Assembly (NCBI RefSeq): GCF_001194135.2
Contig: NC_068998.1
Span: 16,500,297 to 16,564,296, forward strand
Direction of reading: 5' to 3'
Origin: Octopus bimaculoides
Lineage: Eukaryota
Length of the DNA stretch: 64,000 nt
How positions within the stretch are numbered: the first letter of the stretch is position 1; each line of letters starts with the position of its first letter. This document shows, one piece after another, positions 11,723 through 48,127 of the stretch. The notes below the pieces were generated by a model, which saw nothing but the letters and a program-made list of their open reading frames with translations, searched no databases and was not told the origin of the DNA. The position numbers were made by a program, and so were the translations under genes.

Positions 11723-13234
11723 AAATGTCTTATCTAACAAGATGTTCTATTAGAAATAGTGCACTCAAGTCACCCAGATCAGAAGTGATCGCAAAGGTCT
11801 GGTCTATTTCATCTGAAAGAAAAATCACCCGATTATGCTACTTCCTCTAAAGCAAGTACAAAAATATGTAATTTTAATAACTGTGATATCAACACCAATA
11901 ATGAATTGATTAAGGAAAGTCACACTATGGGAAAGACATTATTGCTAGTCATCCAGCACGAAACTTAAGAAGTTGACTAGTCAAACAGCAATTAAAATTC
12001 AAGGAAGAAATCATAACTAATGATGGTAATATCAATTTAATTAGATTGTACTGAAATAACAGGTATAAAGAAAATTCTGTTATGGATGTTATGGTTCAAG
12101 ATCTCATATTTTTTAGTCCTCAATGACCAGAAAAACAGGACATTTGCTGTTCATCTTTTATCTTTTATCTTTCGCTTGTTTCAGTCATTAGACTGCGACC
12201 ATGCTGGAGCACCACCTTGTAGAATTTTTAGGCAAATGAGCCAATCCCAGTACTTCCTTTTTTTTTTTTTCTTTTCTGTTAATCCTGCTATTTATTCTGA
12301 GGGATAAAAATCTTTCACAAGCACATAGAAACCAAAGAAATCACAATTTTATAACTTTGATAATGCTTTCATCCATGCCAATTTGTATATCATCATCATC
12401 ATCATCATCATCATCGTCATCATCATCTAACATCCATTCTTTTTTAATGCTTGCATGGCTCAGACAGAATTTGTTGAGGCAGATGTTCTGCAGCTGGATG
12501 TTCTTCCCGTCAACAACTCTCACTTATTTCCAAGCAAGGTAATATTTCTCCATGACCAAACATGTTTTTTATGGAAGACTGGAAACGAACAATATCTCTT
12601 GTATGACAGTGATGCTCATTTACAACTGTGACATGCTGTTAAGATAAGGGTGCCACTCCAAAATGCTGAGGTAGATGGTAGCAAGTGCCAGGGTATACCC
12701 TCAAAGTATGGAGGTCATAATATAAGTGGCAGAGCATTGCCAAAGAAGCGTGAGTAGAGAGTGGGATGGGAAATACAGTGACTGGTGAAAAAGGCAAAGT
12801 TGTTGAAACCTGTAAAGGATGTTAGTGCTTAAGACAATAGTAAAATCTAATGCACAGATTGTCTGAAGTTGCTGTAATGTCTCATGTTTCATTGACCCTA
12901 AAAATAGTTCTTAGACATCATTCCTAATGCAAGCTGCTTAGCTGATAAAGAGCTTATCTGTCACATAAATGACGTAAATGACATCTAAGGTTTCTGTTTG
13001 TTTACCATACTGATCAATACATGAAAGTCAGAAAATCATTACTCTTTTACTTGTTTCAGTCATTTGACTGCGGCCATGCTGGAGCACCACCTTTAGTCAA
13101 GCAAATCGACCCCAGGACTTATTCTTTGTAAGCCTAGTACTTATTCTATCAGTCTCTTTTGCCGAACTGCTAAGTTACGGGGACATAAACACACCACCAT
13201 CGGTTGTCAAGCGATGTTGGGGGGACAAACATAT

Positions 13235-13265
<31 letters not shown>

Positions 13266-16200
13266 CATATATATGACAGGCTTCTTTCAGTTTTCATCTA
13301 CCAAATCCACTCACAAGGCTTTGGTCGGCCTGAGGCTATAGTAGAAGACACTTGCCCAAGATGCCATGCAATGGGAATGAACCCAGAACCATGTGGTTGG
13401 TAAGCAAGCCACTCCTACTTACCACTCATTGCACAAAGAATTTTAATAACTTTGTTATTAACCTCGTTATTAAAATTATTCGTCCACAAACAGTGAACTG
13501 ACAGAATCCTTAGTGAATCAGAAGAATGCTTTGTGGTATTTCTTCTGGCTCTTTACATTCTGAGTTCAATCCCTGCCAAAGTCAACTTTGCATTTCATGC
13601 TTTCGGGGGGATGATAAAATAATGTAGCAATCAAGTACTTGGGCTCATGTAATTGACTTACTTCCTCCCTTCAAAACTGCTGGCCTTGTCCCAAATTTAG
13701 AAAGAATTGAAAGGATTCTTTACACTGACAGTTGGAAGGAGGAAGAAAACAACAAGAATGAGTGCTCAACACCATATTGGTGGATAAAATTTCTTTATTT
13801 GTGCATTAAGACTACCATTGGTTTCATGTAAAGAGAAATATCTTGATATCTTAATTTTTCAAGCTGACCACATGGAGGCATGGTGTTCATCTCCATTTTG
13901 GATGAAAGCACAAAATATATTTAAAACATTTTGGATGAAAACACAATATATATTTAAAACATTTATTTATATATATATGCAACACATAGTAAATTCTTGG
14001 CCATCTAGACACCTCTGTATGGAATTACTTGTTCTGCATACTTAGAAAATATAACTTTCAACAGGACACCCAAACTGTGCATGCTTCACTCACATTTCAG
14101 AAAAACTATGGTGAATCTACAAGTAATCAAGGAAAGCTCTACTATGTCAGAAACTTCCAAAATGGAAGCCCTTTTTATAATAAAGAGAAATGTGACATAA
14201 CTGCATCAAACTCATGAAGAGCAGAGGCATGTCCATTACTTTAATCTTCTGTATGCATTTATATGGCCACATGCAAAAAGTTAAGTCCAGATTTCCAAAA
14301 TATTCTTAATAAATAATGAAGGGAAATAGAGTTATTAAACATAATTGTCAGAGAAGTAGAGTTGTTAAAAGTCAGGGAAATAGAGTTGTTAAACATAATT
14401 GGCATTGTGCCAAAATTTAAAACATCTATTAGTGAAACAACGGATCTTAAAAACTTCTGAGAAGATAATCTTCATATAAAAGTTGTGATGGGTGTGAGGA
14501 AAACAAGTAGATGCATTTGGTCTAATTATAGCATTCATCAACAAGCGCTACACCTTAGATAGGTAGACTTGTTGCATGAATGACTAATTGTGTTTTTCAA
14601 ATCCACATATCAAATGTAAATGAAGAAATGTCATTTACTCTATTATATGCCAATAGGAATTGTATGCCAGCCTGATCAATTTGATTCAACAAGCATTGGA
14701 TCCAAATACACAGGAAAGAAAACTATATTTATATTTCACTAACATGCATTGTTGTTGTTGGCACTCCGTCGCTTACGACATTGAGGGTTCCAGTTGATCC
14801 GATCAACGGAACAGCCTGCTCATGAAATTAACGTGCAAGTGGCTGAGCACTCCACAGACACGTGTACCCTTAACGTAGTTCACGGGGATATTCAGCGTGA
14901 CACAGTGTGACAAGGCTGACCCTTTGAATTACAGGCACAACAGAAACAGGAAGTAAGAGTGAGAGAAAGTTGTGGTGAAAGAGTACAGCAGGGTTCGCCA
15001 CCATCCCCTGCCAAAGCCTTGTGGAGCCTTAGATGTTTTCGCTCAATAAACATTCACAATGCCCGGTCTGGGAATCGAAACCACGATCCTATGACCGTGA
15101 GTCTGCTGCCCTAACCACTGGGCCATTGTGCCTCCACTCTAACATGCATTAACCCTATAGCATTCAGAATACTCTGTCAAATGTAATGCTTATTTATTCA
15201 CACTGTTTTGAATTAATCATGTAATATCTTGTAACTTTGAGATTTTGATGACATGACATTTTATCTTTAGAATGATATTGTATAGTAGATATGAGAAGCT
15301 AGATCTGACCAGTTTGAACCTAAAACAGGTAGAATATTTTGGCCAGATATGGCTGGTTTAAATGCTAAAGAGTTAAACAATAGATTTGATAGTACTTTAA
15401 CCGGTTTACATACGAGACTATGTGTACAAATATCATTAAGTTTGCAAATATCACTCCCTAGAACAGTTGCATGTCTCATATAAAAAAAAAATACAGTCAT
15501 GAATGAAATCTTTTTAATCTTGAGTATGCTCTGTCAGGACTGACCAATGATGAAAAAAGATTAAACAACAACTACCTGAAGCTAATGGTGGAGACCTCTG
15601 GGTGATCAGATGAACTACTAGGAATAACAACCAATACTACATCAAATTATAACTTGCTGTCTTGAAAAAGAGAAGGACACATTGGATAATGTGATCCTAA
15701 ATAAACTACATCTGAAACAAAAACAAAAAAAAAAGGAATATGTCAATCACATTTGAGATGGGGGGAGGCCTTTCCTGATAGTTCTGCTAAATAAGAGCTG
15801 ACTGAGACTAATCAACAACATCAAAAGCAATAAGGCCTAAATTATTAAGTGCCGTCAATAAATAAAGTCGTACTAGTTGATATTAAGGACGCTGTTTGGT
15901 TATTCAGTGTGTGAATGTGTGACATAAATATCCAAATAGGAAACATGATGATTACAGAATAACAACAACTGGCTAACTTTGTTTCGCTTGATTAACAACA
16001 AATTTTAAAACTATATTAAAAAAAAAACCCACTGGGAATAATAATATGAATGTGTGGAGGGGTGTAACTATGAGAATGTGTGCACCATATCATCATCATC
16101 ATCATCATCATTATCATCATCATCATCATTATTAACATTTAACATCCATCTTCTATGCTAGCATAGTCAGATAGTTCAACAGGAGCTGGCAAGTTAGAGG

Positions 16201-16396
16201 ACTGTGCCAAGCTCCTATATCTGCTTTGGCATGGTTTCTACAGCTGGTTGCCCTTCCTAATGTTAACCACTATACAGAGAGTATTGAGTGCTATTTTACA
16301 TAACACTGGCACCATTGATGCAACTAAGTAACTCACAAGATAAGAATTTGGTTATCAAAGATTGAATCCACGCCATGCTGCAACTACACACACACA

Positions 16397-17129
16397 CATA
16401 TATATGTAGTGGATCTTGCAGGCGAAATGTAGATTCGATCCTAAATAGCCAAATTTAAATTAACGTTTCAACAGCACTTTTCTCACGAGGGAAAACAATA
16501 GCTTTTCTGTAACAGCAGTTTACATTTGCTAGATGCCTTAGCTAAGCAAAATAATGTCTTCGTCACTTGACCCTTCTAAACTCTTCTATTTCACCAAAAT
16601 CTAGAATTAAGATAACAAGAACCCCCAAGCAAAAGTCAGTTAGTGACAACTCGAGTTAGTAAAAACCTGAGTTAGGCAAAGCGACCATCCGTTAGTGAAT
16701 GGACAGCTAGTTAGGCCCACAAGCAGGCAGCTAATATAGACAAATGGTCAGAGGGAGAAAGAAGTTTACAGTCAGCAACTATGGGACAACTTTCTAGGAC
16801 TCTACAACTTTTACTAGCTCAATTTCTTTTCCCTAACAACATCATTCTATCTCTATCTGTGGATTACTACTAAGAGAACGTGTACACAAACTATACAAGG
16901 AAAATCTACAACATCTATCTATACTTCGCATGCTTTTCTATTTACTAATTATACATACCAAGCCGTTGTGGTTTGGGATTTTTTTTACTATATAAAGGTA
17001 AATAAATATTTTCTTCACAACTTCAATCACTGTTCTTTCATCTTTACATAATGGCAATCAACGAAGAATCAATCCTTACAAACTGATTACGACTCCGACG
17101 TTCCATACTATTGTTTACAAATTAATTTC
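16397..17129. repeat. Left arm of a ~730-bp inverted duplication (partner 21961-22706)
   Basis: Collinear reverse-complement matches throughout, e.g. CTGATTACGACTCCGACGTTCCATACTATTGTTTACAAATTAATTTC vs GAAATTAATTTGTAAACAATAGTATGGAACGTCGGAGTCGTAATCAG, and TATATGTAGTGGATCTTGCAGG vs CCTGCAAGATCCACTACATATA. Confidence 0.92.
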
Positions 17130-17462
17130 GCTAATTTTTCAGATTAACACCCGCACGATTTTAACAACACCCCACCACTACCACCACCACCACCCAAAAA
17201 AAGTCGGATTTTTTGCGTGGAATGAAGTACCCTGACCTCCTAATTTGCTGCAAATCCTATATTACAAAATCCCGTTACAAAAATAAACTTCTATCGTTAC
17301 GGATATCCTGTAGCTTATTTTGATTNNNNNNNNNNNNNNNNNNNNNNNNNNNNNNNNNNNNNNNNNNNNNNNNNNNNNNNNNNNNNNNNNNNNNNNNNNN
17401 NNNNNNNNNNNNNNNATATATATATATATACATATATATATATCCTCCTGACGAAGGTAAAA

Positions 17463-17554
17463 AAAGAATACGCACACCCAGTGTTTAGGGTTAGAGTTAG
17501 GGTTTAGGGTTAGCGTTAGAGTTACATTGAAAACGGGAGGTGTGCGTATTCTTT
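17463..17554. repeat. 16-bp perfect inverted repeat enclosing degenerate TTAGGG-like repeats
   Basis: AAAGAATACGCACACC (17463-17478) and GGTGTGCGTATTCTTT (17539-17554); loop contains TTTAGGG TTAGAG TTAGGG TTTAGGG TTAGCG TTAGAG. Confidence 0.85.
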
Positions 17555-17699
17555 ACTTCCACCTACCCTCCCTATATAGCATTATAGGAATTAGATTCAT
17601 ATTAAAATGTTAAGTTCAAGAAAAAGAAGAATATAAATATTTTTGTCTGAAGTATTTTTATTTATTAATTCATTGTTTCTAGGTTTCTCTACTACCACC

Positions 17700-17990
17700 A
17701 TCACCAAGAAATTGACCCCGTGACCTGACACGAGTTCAATATCTGACCCCCGAACAACGTCATTCTTAGTCTCAAGCTTCAGGTACTTTAAACCAGCTTG
17801 AGTCGGCCTGTTCGGCAAATATCGTTAGAATTCCGTAAGCAGCCGAAGTTGATATCGTCAGCGTTGCGTTGACGCCAAACATTCAGTTGTTAGTTTTCTG
17901 TTGTCCACGAAACAGATATAAACCTTCTCTCGATTTTTCTTTCTCTCCCGCCTTTTAATTGTCAACACTGCCTCACGCTTTTATAGTGAA
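17700..17990 (+). promoter_or_regulatory. GOT1 core promoter / 5' UTR region
   Basis: CpG-rich stretch directly upstream of the ATG; Inr-like TCAGTT at 17883-17888. TSS position is inference. Confidence 0.5.
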
Positions 17991-41450
<23,460 letters not shown>

Positions 41451-43476
41451 CCAGGAGAAAATAAACATTAGGTATATTTCAATTTCTCTTTTTCCCAAAT
41501 ATTATATAAATGCAAAAAAATATTGTGCTCTATTGTTTAAAGAGGATAATTTAAATGGTCGTTAATATTTTGTTGTTGATTGGGCAACAAGCTGGCAGAA
41601 TCATTACTGCGCCAGGCTAAATACTTAGCATTTTGTCCATCTTTACATTCCGAGTTCAAATTCTACCGAGGTTGACTTTGCTTTTCATTCTTTTATGGTC
41701 GATAAAAGAAGTACCAGTTGAATACTGGGATCGATGTAATCTACCTGGCCCTTCCCACTAAATTGCTGATCTTGCGCCAAAATTTGAAACCAATGTTTTG
41801 TTGTAGATTGGCAGAATACCTTATGGTATTTTGTTACAATTTTTTACATTCTGAGTTCATATCACAGAGGTTGTTAGAATATATACCAGTTAACTACTGG
41901 ACTTGTGTGGCTGTGTGATTAGGAAGCAAAGCTTCCCAACTATGTACTCTTTGGTTCAGTCCCACTGCACAGCACCTTGGGCAAGTCTTCTACTAGAGCC
42001 CTGGGCTGACCAAAGCTTTGTGATTAGATTTAGCAGAAGGAAACTAGAGGCCCATTATTAATATACATGTGTGTGTATGTGTGTGTTGACATCATATGAT
42101 GGGTGTAAATGAGCATCCCAGCTCACTGCCTTTATGATTAATGGAAATAATAAAGAATTTGGAGAGGTTAAGTTTAATGGGTAACTTTGCTATTATTAAG
42201 CTAGTGTTTAGAATAAAAGTTTTTATGGAAATTTTAAATTTAAATATGAACATTTGTATCATAGAAGTAATAACTAGTAACCAGGATGGTATTAGAATAG
42301 TTAATGAAAAGTCTTGTGCACCAGATGTATTAAAAGGTTAATCGTTGAGATCTATATGCAGTTGTTGTTTCAATCAATCCAAGTTGGCTTCAATGAAACA
42401 AACTTTTATTTCACTATTCCTTTTCATATTGTGTTTTATTTTGACTTATCTGCTACATTCGTAATATATTACCATTCTTTTTTTATTTATATATTTTTCA
42501 GATATATGCTGAGTATGAAGTTAAGAATACCTTCAAACTAAAAAATATCAGTTTGATAGTGTTAGTATATTTAGAATTGATGGTTTGATTTTAATTTTTG
42601 TTTTGGAAATGAGCTGCCAGTTGATGGTAAATTTGTAGAAATGTGTCCATACACACACACACAGAGATTTTTATGGAACTCTATTAAATGTGTGAAGTAA
42701 GTTAAGAGTTATTAACAATTAAGGTTTTATTCAACTTTAAGGGATAGGGGTTCTTTTTGTTTTGTTTTTTCCCAATCTTTTCATCAATTTAACCAGGCTT
42801 AAGGTAACGATAATGCTATATTTTGTAAAAGCTAATACCAGATTAATGAGCAAAGCTTTTTTTACATAATATGTGTGTGTGTGTGTGTTTCATTAATAGG
42901 GGAATGCATAATTGCTTCAAGATAAACTATATATTGGCAAATATTTTTCTTCAATATTTTTTACATTCTTTGAATTTTTTTTTTAATATTTAATCAAGCC
43001 ATGTAAAGACATCAAGAGAAGGCAAAGAAAAAAATTTTTATAATATACTTTATAAAATATGGGAAATAATTTTTGTGCTTTGAAACTATTCTTCTGTTTA
43101 AAAAATCTGATCTGATATATATAGATATAGATATATATGTTAGATTTTTTAAATACAGGACAATAATCATATGTTTGTATGTACATGTACTCTTTTGCAA
43201 AGGAGTATTTTCCATGTATTTATTATTGGTATTTATTTGTTGGAAATTATGGGAAATAGAAGAAAGAATAAATTACTTCAAAGAAACATTGATATACTAG
43301 ATGGCTAATGTCATTAGTACAAGAAAAGAAAATGAGATTATACACCCTGTCCAATATATTTGAATACAACTTCATGTAAAGCTATATTTCCTTAAACTAT
43401 GCAAAAATCGATGATATTTTCCCTGTTTAATTAAGTTTTGTTTTGTTGTTGTTGTTTTTATTTTTTATAAACGTAA

Positions 43477-43482
43477 AATAAA
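43477..43482 (+). terminator. Candidate GOT1 polyadenylation signal
   Basis: AATAAA followed by GT/T-rich sequence at the end of a ~1-kb SINE-free AT-rich block; other AATAAA at 41460, 43267 and 43561. Confidence 0.3.
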
Positions 43483-45019
43483 TTTCTGTCTGGTATTTTT
43501 TCGAAGTTGTGTCTTCTGCACATTAAACAATCCCAAAATTTAATACTCTCTCTCTCTCTCAATAAAATAAGCACCGGTCAAGTACTGGGGTTGATTTCGT
43601 TCATTGTTCCCTCTCCTAAAATTTATGGTATTTTGCCTATGCTAAAATACCACTATCACTTGCTTGTATGAAACATAAGCTACAGACTTGTTATCACTTC
43701 TCACTGCTACACTGTGACAAAAATAACTCGCTTCTCAATTATAAATGTAGAAGCAGCTGTCTTCTTTTATCATTTCTGTTCTCATACTCTTCTAGAATCA
43801 TTTTAATGGCCCATAAGCACCAACTTCTACAAGGGGGCTTTTGGTCCATACGGGGCTAGAGTGGCACAAATCTTTGTGTAGTTCTTGGTACTCTGCAGAA
43901 CTTATATTGCAAGAAACTTGATCTGTTAAGGACCCTCACTAAGTAAGTGTCCTCTGGTATTTGATGACACCTTCAAATTGTTAATTTGTTGTTATCAATC
44001 ATTCTTCATTGTATCCTTCATCTTCTTGCTGCCAAAAGTCTAATCCAGAACTCTGGATACTGGAACCTTAATGACTACTGGCACCAGAGTCAACTGATCC
44101 CATAACTTGCAATGGAAAAAGTTATTACTCCTTGAAATAGCTAAACTTTTAGCTGTCATCCACAAAACAACATTGGGAAAATAGACACCAAAGTCGGCCT
44201 TTTTGGTAATGCAAACTTCTACAAGTGTTCCTTGATACTCAGTCACCAAAATTATGCAAAATGTCATGCTTCCTTGGGCTTATTATACTAAAGAGTGCTA
44301 AATTTGAAGTACCATGTCTAGTTTTCACTTAATATCTGTAATAATAAATTTATTTCCATCAACTCACAAGATTGTTTTTATTATTATTTATCGTACTATT
44401 GTCTTTGTAATGACTCCTCATATCCTGCCCATGCAGCAAATGAAAAATTATTATTATCATTATTTTTGTTATGGATTTCAAATTTTGGCTCACAGCCAGC
44501 AATTTCAAGGGAGGTCAATTACATCAACCCCAGTGCTCAACCCCTAAAGGACGAAAGGCAGAGTCAACCTTGGCAGAATTTGAACTGTGGTCGACTTTGC
44601 CTTTCGCCTTTTAAAAATCAATAAATTAAGTACCAGTGAAACAATGGAGTCGATGTAATCATCTAGTCCCCTCCTCCCAAATTTCAGACTTTGTGTGTTT
44701 TATAGAAAGGATGATCATTATCATTCTTATAGTTTTCTTCTAAATAATATTGATCAAAATTGCAGGTATGGGGGTCAGTAACAAGCACAAACTCATGATT
44801 TATTATCAACCAAAAGACCGACAACATATTCTCTACTCTATTATCATAGTTTTAGCATGTGTGTGTGAACAATTGTTATTTAGCCCCAAATCAGACCTGT
44901 TTCTTGCTGGTATGGGTCAGATAGTTTTTCTGGGTTAGTCAATTCAATAAAGAGCAGAAATAGAGTATTGCTTGGATTTGAAATTTCAAGCAGAGCCCTT
45001 TATTTCACATTTTTTTATT

Positions 45020-45488
45020 TTGCAATGAAGGCCTCTGCACAAAATGTGGAGTATTTTTAAGATTTTGAGCCATACCTGAAGTCTTGAGAAGTGGCTCAAA
45101 TCTAATATGACAAAAGGGTTCTTGTTTTATCAAGACAATGCTCCAGCACACAAGTCCATTTCAATGGCTGCTATGTGTGACTGTGGCATTGAACTGGTTG
45201 ATCACCCTCCCTATTCTCCTGATTTGACCCCCATCTGACTATTATCTGTTCTTCAACACTTGACAGGGAACCAGTATCACAGTGATGATGACATCATATC
45301 TGTTGTTGATGACTTTTTTTTATCAATAGGATGAAAGCTTCAACGCCATTGGACTCCAAGCACTGCAACACTGATGGAAAAAGTGTGTGGTGGATTGCAA
45401 GGGAAACTAAGTTGAAAAATAAATCTCGTTTGGTCACATTCTATGAGAGTATCTTGGTCAGCTTATGAACTTTCCAGCCAACCTATGT
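45020..45488 (+). mobile_element. Mariner transposase relic (catalytic region) with right end
   Basis: Translation ...FYQDNAPAHKS...DHPPYSPDL-PSDYYLF...WKKCV, with stops and frameshifts. Confidence 0.85.
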
Positions 45489-47224
45489 ATTGAAATACAA
45501 TAAAAAATCAACACAATGTTTATTTTAGAATATTTTTATTTTCTAAAATGAAGTACAATGAATCAAATTTCCATACACATGTAATTTTCTCTTCCATAAG
45601 TTCAAAAATAAATTTAGTATGGAAATTTATCAGCAGTTTGGAAATCCATTTATTAAGCATCCATATGAAAATTTTTTTATTTTTTTATTTTTCTTCTTTG
45701 ACAAGGAATGTCAATAAATAAAACATATAATTGACCAGAATAAAACAAGAGTGTCATTAAGTTTGAAAATTAAAATGGGAAAGAAAATATACATGTATTT
45801 AAGAACCAAATTTTTTACTTTTTTTTTCTGTATTTGTATTGAAATGAAGATTATGTTAATTGAAAGACTTCATTCTAATGAACAGACTTCTAACATCTCA
45901 GCTCACAAACTTAAAAACCATGGAGAAATAATGAAATCCATTACAATGATGCATGATGATATTAACTTACATTCACAGTTAATCTACTATAATACATTTG
46001 TTGTGTGAGGGCCATTATCCATTGATAGTGACTCAGCACAAGGATGGGGTAGAACTTAAAGGTTTCATCTTTGTAGTTTACTGTATTTTCTTTTTTTCTT
46101 ATTGCCCACAAGGGGCTAAACATAGAGGGGACAAACAAGGACAGATAAAGAGATTAAGTTGATTACATCGACCCCAGTGCATAACTGGTACTTAATTTAT
46201 CGACCCCGAAAGGATGAAAGGCAAAGTCGACCTCAGCGGAATTTGAACTCAGAACGTAACGGCAGACGAAATACCACTAAGCATTTCGCCCGGCGTGCTA
46301 ATGATTCTGCCAGCTCACCACCTTTACTGTATTTTCTGGCATACAAGTCAAATTTTTCAGGCCAAAATTTACAGCAAAAAAAAGGCAGGTCAACTTATAC
46401 ACCACAATGACTTTGGAGGACCAAATGTGAAATGCAGCAGGATTCAAAAAGATAGTGACAATGTTTTAATGTTTACATAACAAGTTTACACTATATACTA
46501 CATCAACTTGTATGCTGGAAAATACAGTATCTTGGGCATGTTGCCTTACCCTTTTGCAAGTATAAAAAGTGTGAGTGGATTGAACTCAATACTGAAAGCT
46601 AACAAACATTTGATCATATAGTGCCTACTACATTGATAAAAATCATAGTACCACATATTTCTGAGAATTGTGAGGAGCAAGAAATGAATAGCAAATTTTG
46701 ATCAAGAGTAGCTTGAATCTTTGTTAACTTTACCAGCTTCATCTCCTCTTATATAATATTTTCAGTTAAAAAAATAAGAAGTAGAATATCAATGTTATTA
46801 TTTGTTTTCATGTTATGTTAATTTTGACTATATTTAGAATATTTACATTATCTTTTTTTTTAATGTTTCAATTATTTACATTAAAAAAAAAATGAGATAT
46901 TTAAGTAAGTTCACCAAAACATTGTACAATATAAGCCTAATCAGAAAAACAAAAACAAATAATATTGTTATTCTTGGGAATGGTCTTATTTTGCCAATTA
47001 AACACTCACACTATATCTTGGTCTTCATTTCAGCTTTTTTGTTTATTATCTTAGTTCCTTTGTGTTTAATTGACAAAATATGACCATCCCCAAGTATAGT
47101 ATTATCTATTTCAACATACAATTTCACATCAAGAATCTTGCAAAACAAATACATAAACATAACAAAAAGACTAAATTTTCAGAAAACTGATTATTAACAA
47201 GTGCTAGTGTTTTGGTGAGTTTAA

Positions 47225-47460
47225 CCCTTTAGCATTCAAACCAGCCATATCCAGCCCAAATATTCTATCTTTTTTTTATTTGTTTTTTTTTTTGTTCAAA
47301 CTGGCCAGGTCCAGCTTCTCTTATCTACTCTACACTGTCACTCTAAAAATAAATAATCATATCAATGAAATCTCAAAACCATGAGATAATTTACAATTAA
47401 TTCAAAGTAATATGAATAAATAAGCATTACGTTTGACCAAATAATCTGAATGCTATAGGG
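47225..47460. mobile_element. piggyBac-type MITE (TTAA|CCC...GGG|TTAA). Family copies at about 7900-8122, 15153-15372, 52285-52522, 61695-62144
   Basis: TTAA on both flanks; TIRs CCCTTTAGCATTCA and TGAATGCTATAGGG. Confidence 0.8.
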
Positions 47461-47987
47461 TTAAAAGACATAGTCAGAATTTACAACCTTTTGAAATTTT
47501 TGCAAACTGGAAAAACAAAAGAAAAAAAAATTCCTATTTATGAAGGAGAATGGTGAGGGAGGAGGCAGTGAGGAAACAAAACAAAAAGGAAGAAACAGAG
47601 TAAATTAATAATCCTCATATTTGTTGATTGATAGTTATTCCTTAATAGACAGGAGTTTAAATGTTATTACTTATTACAGTTTGGTATACCCCTTGGGAGG
47701 GAAGAAAAAAAAAAACATGATGTTGCTTGTTTTCAGTCTGCCATAGTGACTGAATGGATACTGCTTGAACCAGCAGAGCATCAAACAAAATTCCTTGATG
47801 TGTTTAGTTCAATCCCATTATGTCCTACAATCAAATGCCACCACAACTGACTTCACTTCTCACCATTTAAGGATCAATAAAATGATATAACCAATATACC
47901 ATTTGATATAACCAAAACATATTTTTCTCAAATACACAACTGAATGAGCGACTGATAGTTTCATGCTTTTATGATATTTTTAACTAA

Positions 47988-48127
47988 GCATATTTATAAA
48001 CTGAGCCATGTATCTCCAAGCAATCTTTCAGGCTCTGTTTAAGCATTATATGTATTTTAAAAACAAGGATGCACAAACAGAGCCTGAAAGATTGCTTAGA
48101 GATACATGGCTCAGTTTATAAATATGC
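47988..48127. repeat. 53-bp inverted repeat (one mismatch) with a 34-nt loop
   Basis: 47988-48040 vs 48075-48127; single C/A mismatch at 48017/48098. Confidence 0.95.

Noticed and set aside
13890-13965. Short ~34-bp tandem duplication; similar one near 14320-14400
   Set aside because: Ordinary slippage duplication with no functional cue
17597-17818. 73-aa minus-strand ORF at the promoter
   Set aside because: Non-ATG start, no recognisable homology, runs into AT-rich sequence
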